Part shown: positions 62,352-64,000 of the stretch, one piece after another | Layout: each line of letters opens with the position of its first letter | Position numbering within the stretch: position 1 is the first letter of the stretch | Source: a virus | Taxonomy: Duplodnaviria > Caudoviricetes | DNA length: 64,000 bases | Direction: 5' to 3' (one strand) | IMG/VR virus record: IMGVR_UViG_3300033121_001921 | Location: 1-64,000 of that record | Translations under genes and position numbers: made by a program | Notes under the pieces: generated by a model | What the model saw: only the letters and a program-made list of their open reading frames with translations | What the model was told of the DNA's origin: nothing | The model's database searches: none

Positions 62352-63323
62352 ATGCTATTGTCATGCATAATCGACGGAAATTACATTTTATCAAAACTCG
62401 TATTCACTCTACATAAAAACAATTTACTATATGGAGCTTTAGATCAGGCATTAGAAAATTCTATATTAAATTATAGAAAAATTTACCCATTCAGTGATTT
62501 CTATCTCGTATCTGATTCAAAAGAAAGATCTTGGAGAAAAGAACTTCTAACAGAATATAAAACAAATCGAAAGAAGGACTCTGATATTGATTGGAAATTT
62601 GTATACTCTACATATGATAGATTCAAATCTAGGCTCTCTGGGGTCAAGATTCTCGAATATCCTCGAATAGAGGGAGATGACTGGATAGCATTTTTAGTCC
62701 AAAAATTGAATGAGGATAAAAAGTCTACTATGATAGTCTCAAACGATTATGATATAAAACAACTCATAACCTTCAATTTAGAAGGAATGTGGATAAATTT
62801 CATGTCAAATGAAATGTTCAATAAGCAAAAAATATTTCTACCAAGCAATTACCAAATAATTATAGATAAGATTAGAAAGCTACCAAACGATGATATTTTC
62901 AATCTAAATGATAACTCAGAATTTCTATCTCTATTTAAAAAATTTGAAACAAAATACGAAATATCAGAAATCAACAACATGGAATCACTTTTTATAAAAA
63001 TAGTCTCTGGAGATTCGAGTGATAATATACATTCGGTTTACAGAGTTAATAAAAATGGAAGAGTTCGTGGAATAGGATTCAAAGGAGCCCAATCAATATA
63101 TAATTCATATATTAATGAATTCGGAGAAGTATCTTTAACAGATCCTGATTTATATGAAAATATTGCTGATATAATTTGTGAAAAAAAGAAGCTATCAAAA
63201 TCTATGATAGGAAAAATAGTTTCCAACATAAATGGCAATATGAAACTTATTGATCTAAGAATGAATAACTTCCCAAGTGATATTCTAAATTCAATGAACG
63301 ATAGATTTTCAAAATGTCAATAA
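62352..63323 (+). CDS. rnh: 5'-3' exonuclease / RNase H (T4 Rnh, PIN/FEN-like)
   Basis: IDGN, SWRK..YKxNR, EGDD, SNDYD and GDSSDNI acidic motifs. Confidence 0.85.
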   Translation: MLLSCIIDGNYILSKLVFTLHKNNLLYGALDQALENSILNYRKIYPFSDFYLVSDSKERSWRKELLTEYKTNRKKDSDIDWKFVYSTYDRFKSRLSGVKILEYPRIEGDDWIAFLVQKLNEDKKSTMIVSNDYDIKQLITFNLEGMWINFMSNEMFNKQKIFLPSNYQIIIDKIRKLPNDDIFNLNDNSEFLSLFKKFETKYEISEINNMESLFIKIVSGDSSDNIHSVYRVNKNGRVRGIGFKGAQSIYNSYINEFGEVSLTDPDLYENIADIICEKKKLSKSMIGKIVSNINGNMKLIDLRMNNFPSDILNSMNDRFSKCQ

Positions 63324-63601
63324 TAGAACAAATATTCAGACTCACCACCCATGGATTCAAGTCCACACTTAATAAGTGGTCGATTAGAAATCTCAAAATT
63401 GATGTACCAATTGAAGTATCAAGGCTCTTGATATTTGAAAATATATTAGTACTAGATAGTGGAAATTTAGAAACAGGAGAAGAACACTACGTCTATAATC
63501 CAGATCTAATCGGAAAAGAAATCACAATCAAAAACGAAGAAATATCTAATTCTTTAATAAGCATTTTAAGGCAAATAAAATTGAACTCTATAGATGTTTG
63601 A
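63314..63601 (+). CDS. hypothetical protein
   Basis: 95 aa; ends LRQIKLNSI. Confidence 0.6.
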   Translation: MSIIEQIFRLTTHGFKSTLNKWSIRNLKIDVPIEVSRLLIFENILVLDSGNLETGEEHYVYNPDLIGKEITIKNEEISNSLISILRQIKLNSIDV

Positions 63602-64000
63602 GATCAAATGCGAAGATAATCTCTCATTTATGAGATCTATAGATTCCAATTCTATTGATTTGATCTATGGTGACATTTCGAAGACCTAAAGCCAAAAAAA
63701 GAGGATATATACGAATTCTATGTGCCTAGAATAAAAGAAATGCATAGAATTTTAAAATCCACTGGATCCATCTATCTTCAAATGGATTGGAGAATAAATC
63801 ATTGGATTAGATGTATAGGTGATGATATATTTGGATATGATCGGTTTCTGAATGAAATAGTATGGTACTACAATTCATCACCAAGAAAAAAAGGAAATTT
63901 CAGCAACCGACATGATACTATATTGAGATGGTCAAAAACAAAAAAATTTAAATTTAACGAAGATATCGTAAGAGAACCATATTCACTATCCGCTCCTCGC
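63594..64000 (+). pseudogene. N4/N6 DNA methyltransferase, frameshifted at the catalytic motif; runs off the window
   Basis: MFEIKCEDNLSFMRSIDSNSIDLIYGDI, then a shifted frame FEDLKPKK..RIKEMHRILKSTGSIYLQMD..NEIVWYY..HDTILRWSK; not in the ORF track. Confidence 0.75.

Overview
An AT-rich, densely coded 64-kb segment that reads as part of a jumbo (T4-like/myovirus-type) bacteriophage genome in the standard genetic code. The host is probably in Bacteroidota: TAnnTTTG promoter boxes sit upstream of many genes, Shine-Dalgarno motifs are not evident, and GroES is Bacteroidota-like. Recognisable genes are two type II topoisomerase subunits, GroEL/GroES, CCA-adding enzyme, 2H phosphoesterase, ClpP, RNase H/5'-3' exonuclease, Mesh1-like HD hydrolase, rhomboid, NUDIX, GNAT, M28 peptidase, GGCT, metallophosphoesterase, GT2 glycosyltransferase, a DUF2201/VWA protein, a truncated UDG, two broken DNA methyltransferases, six free-standing putative homing endonucleases (one split by a stop) and large probable virion proteins. 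The most interesting patterns lie between the annotated genes. (1) About 20 unrelated ORFs share an N-terminal M-x-x-K-K-F-E-S-like peptide resembling the T4 capsid-targeting signal; similar -I(T/N)ES- linkers join domains into apparent polyproteins. (2) A second ORF set shares an R-x-x-K-I-(D/N)-x-I-L peptide. (3) A Pth2-like peptidyl-tRNA hydrolase gene, absent from the ORF track, begins ATG-AAA-TAG. (4) An ATATATA box lies only 4-7 nt before many start codons, suggesting near-leaderless mRNAs. Many small genes carry stops, 1-nt indels or 5' truncations, so single-codon anomalies must be checked against reads and homologs. No tRNA, rRNA, CRISPR array, integrase or reverse transcriptase was seen. 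All family calls come from motif recognition by eye, not from database searches.
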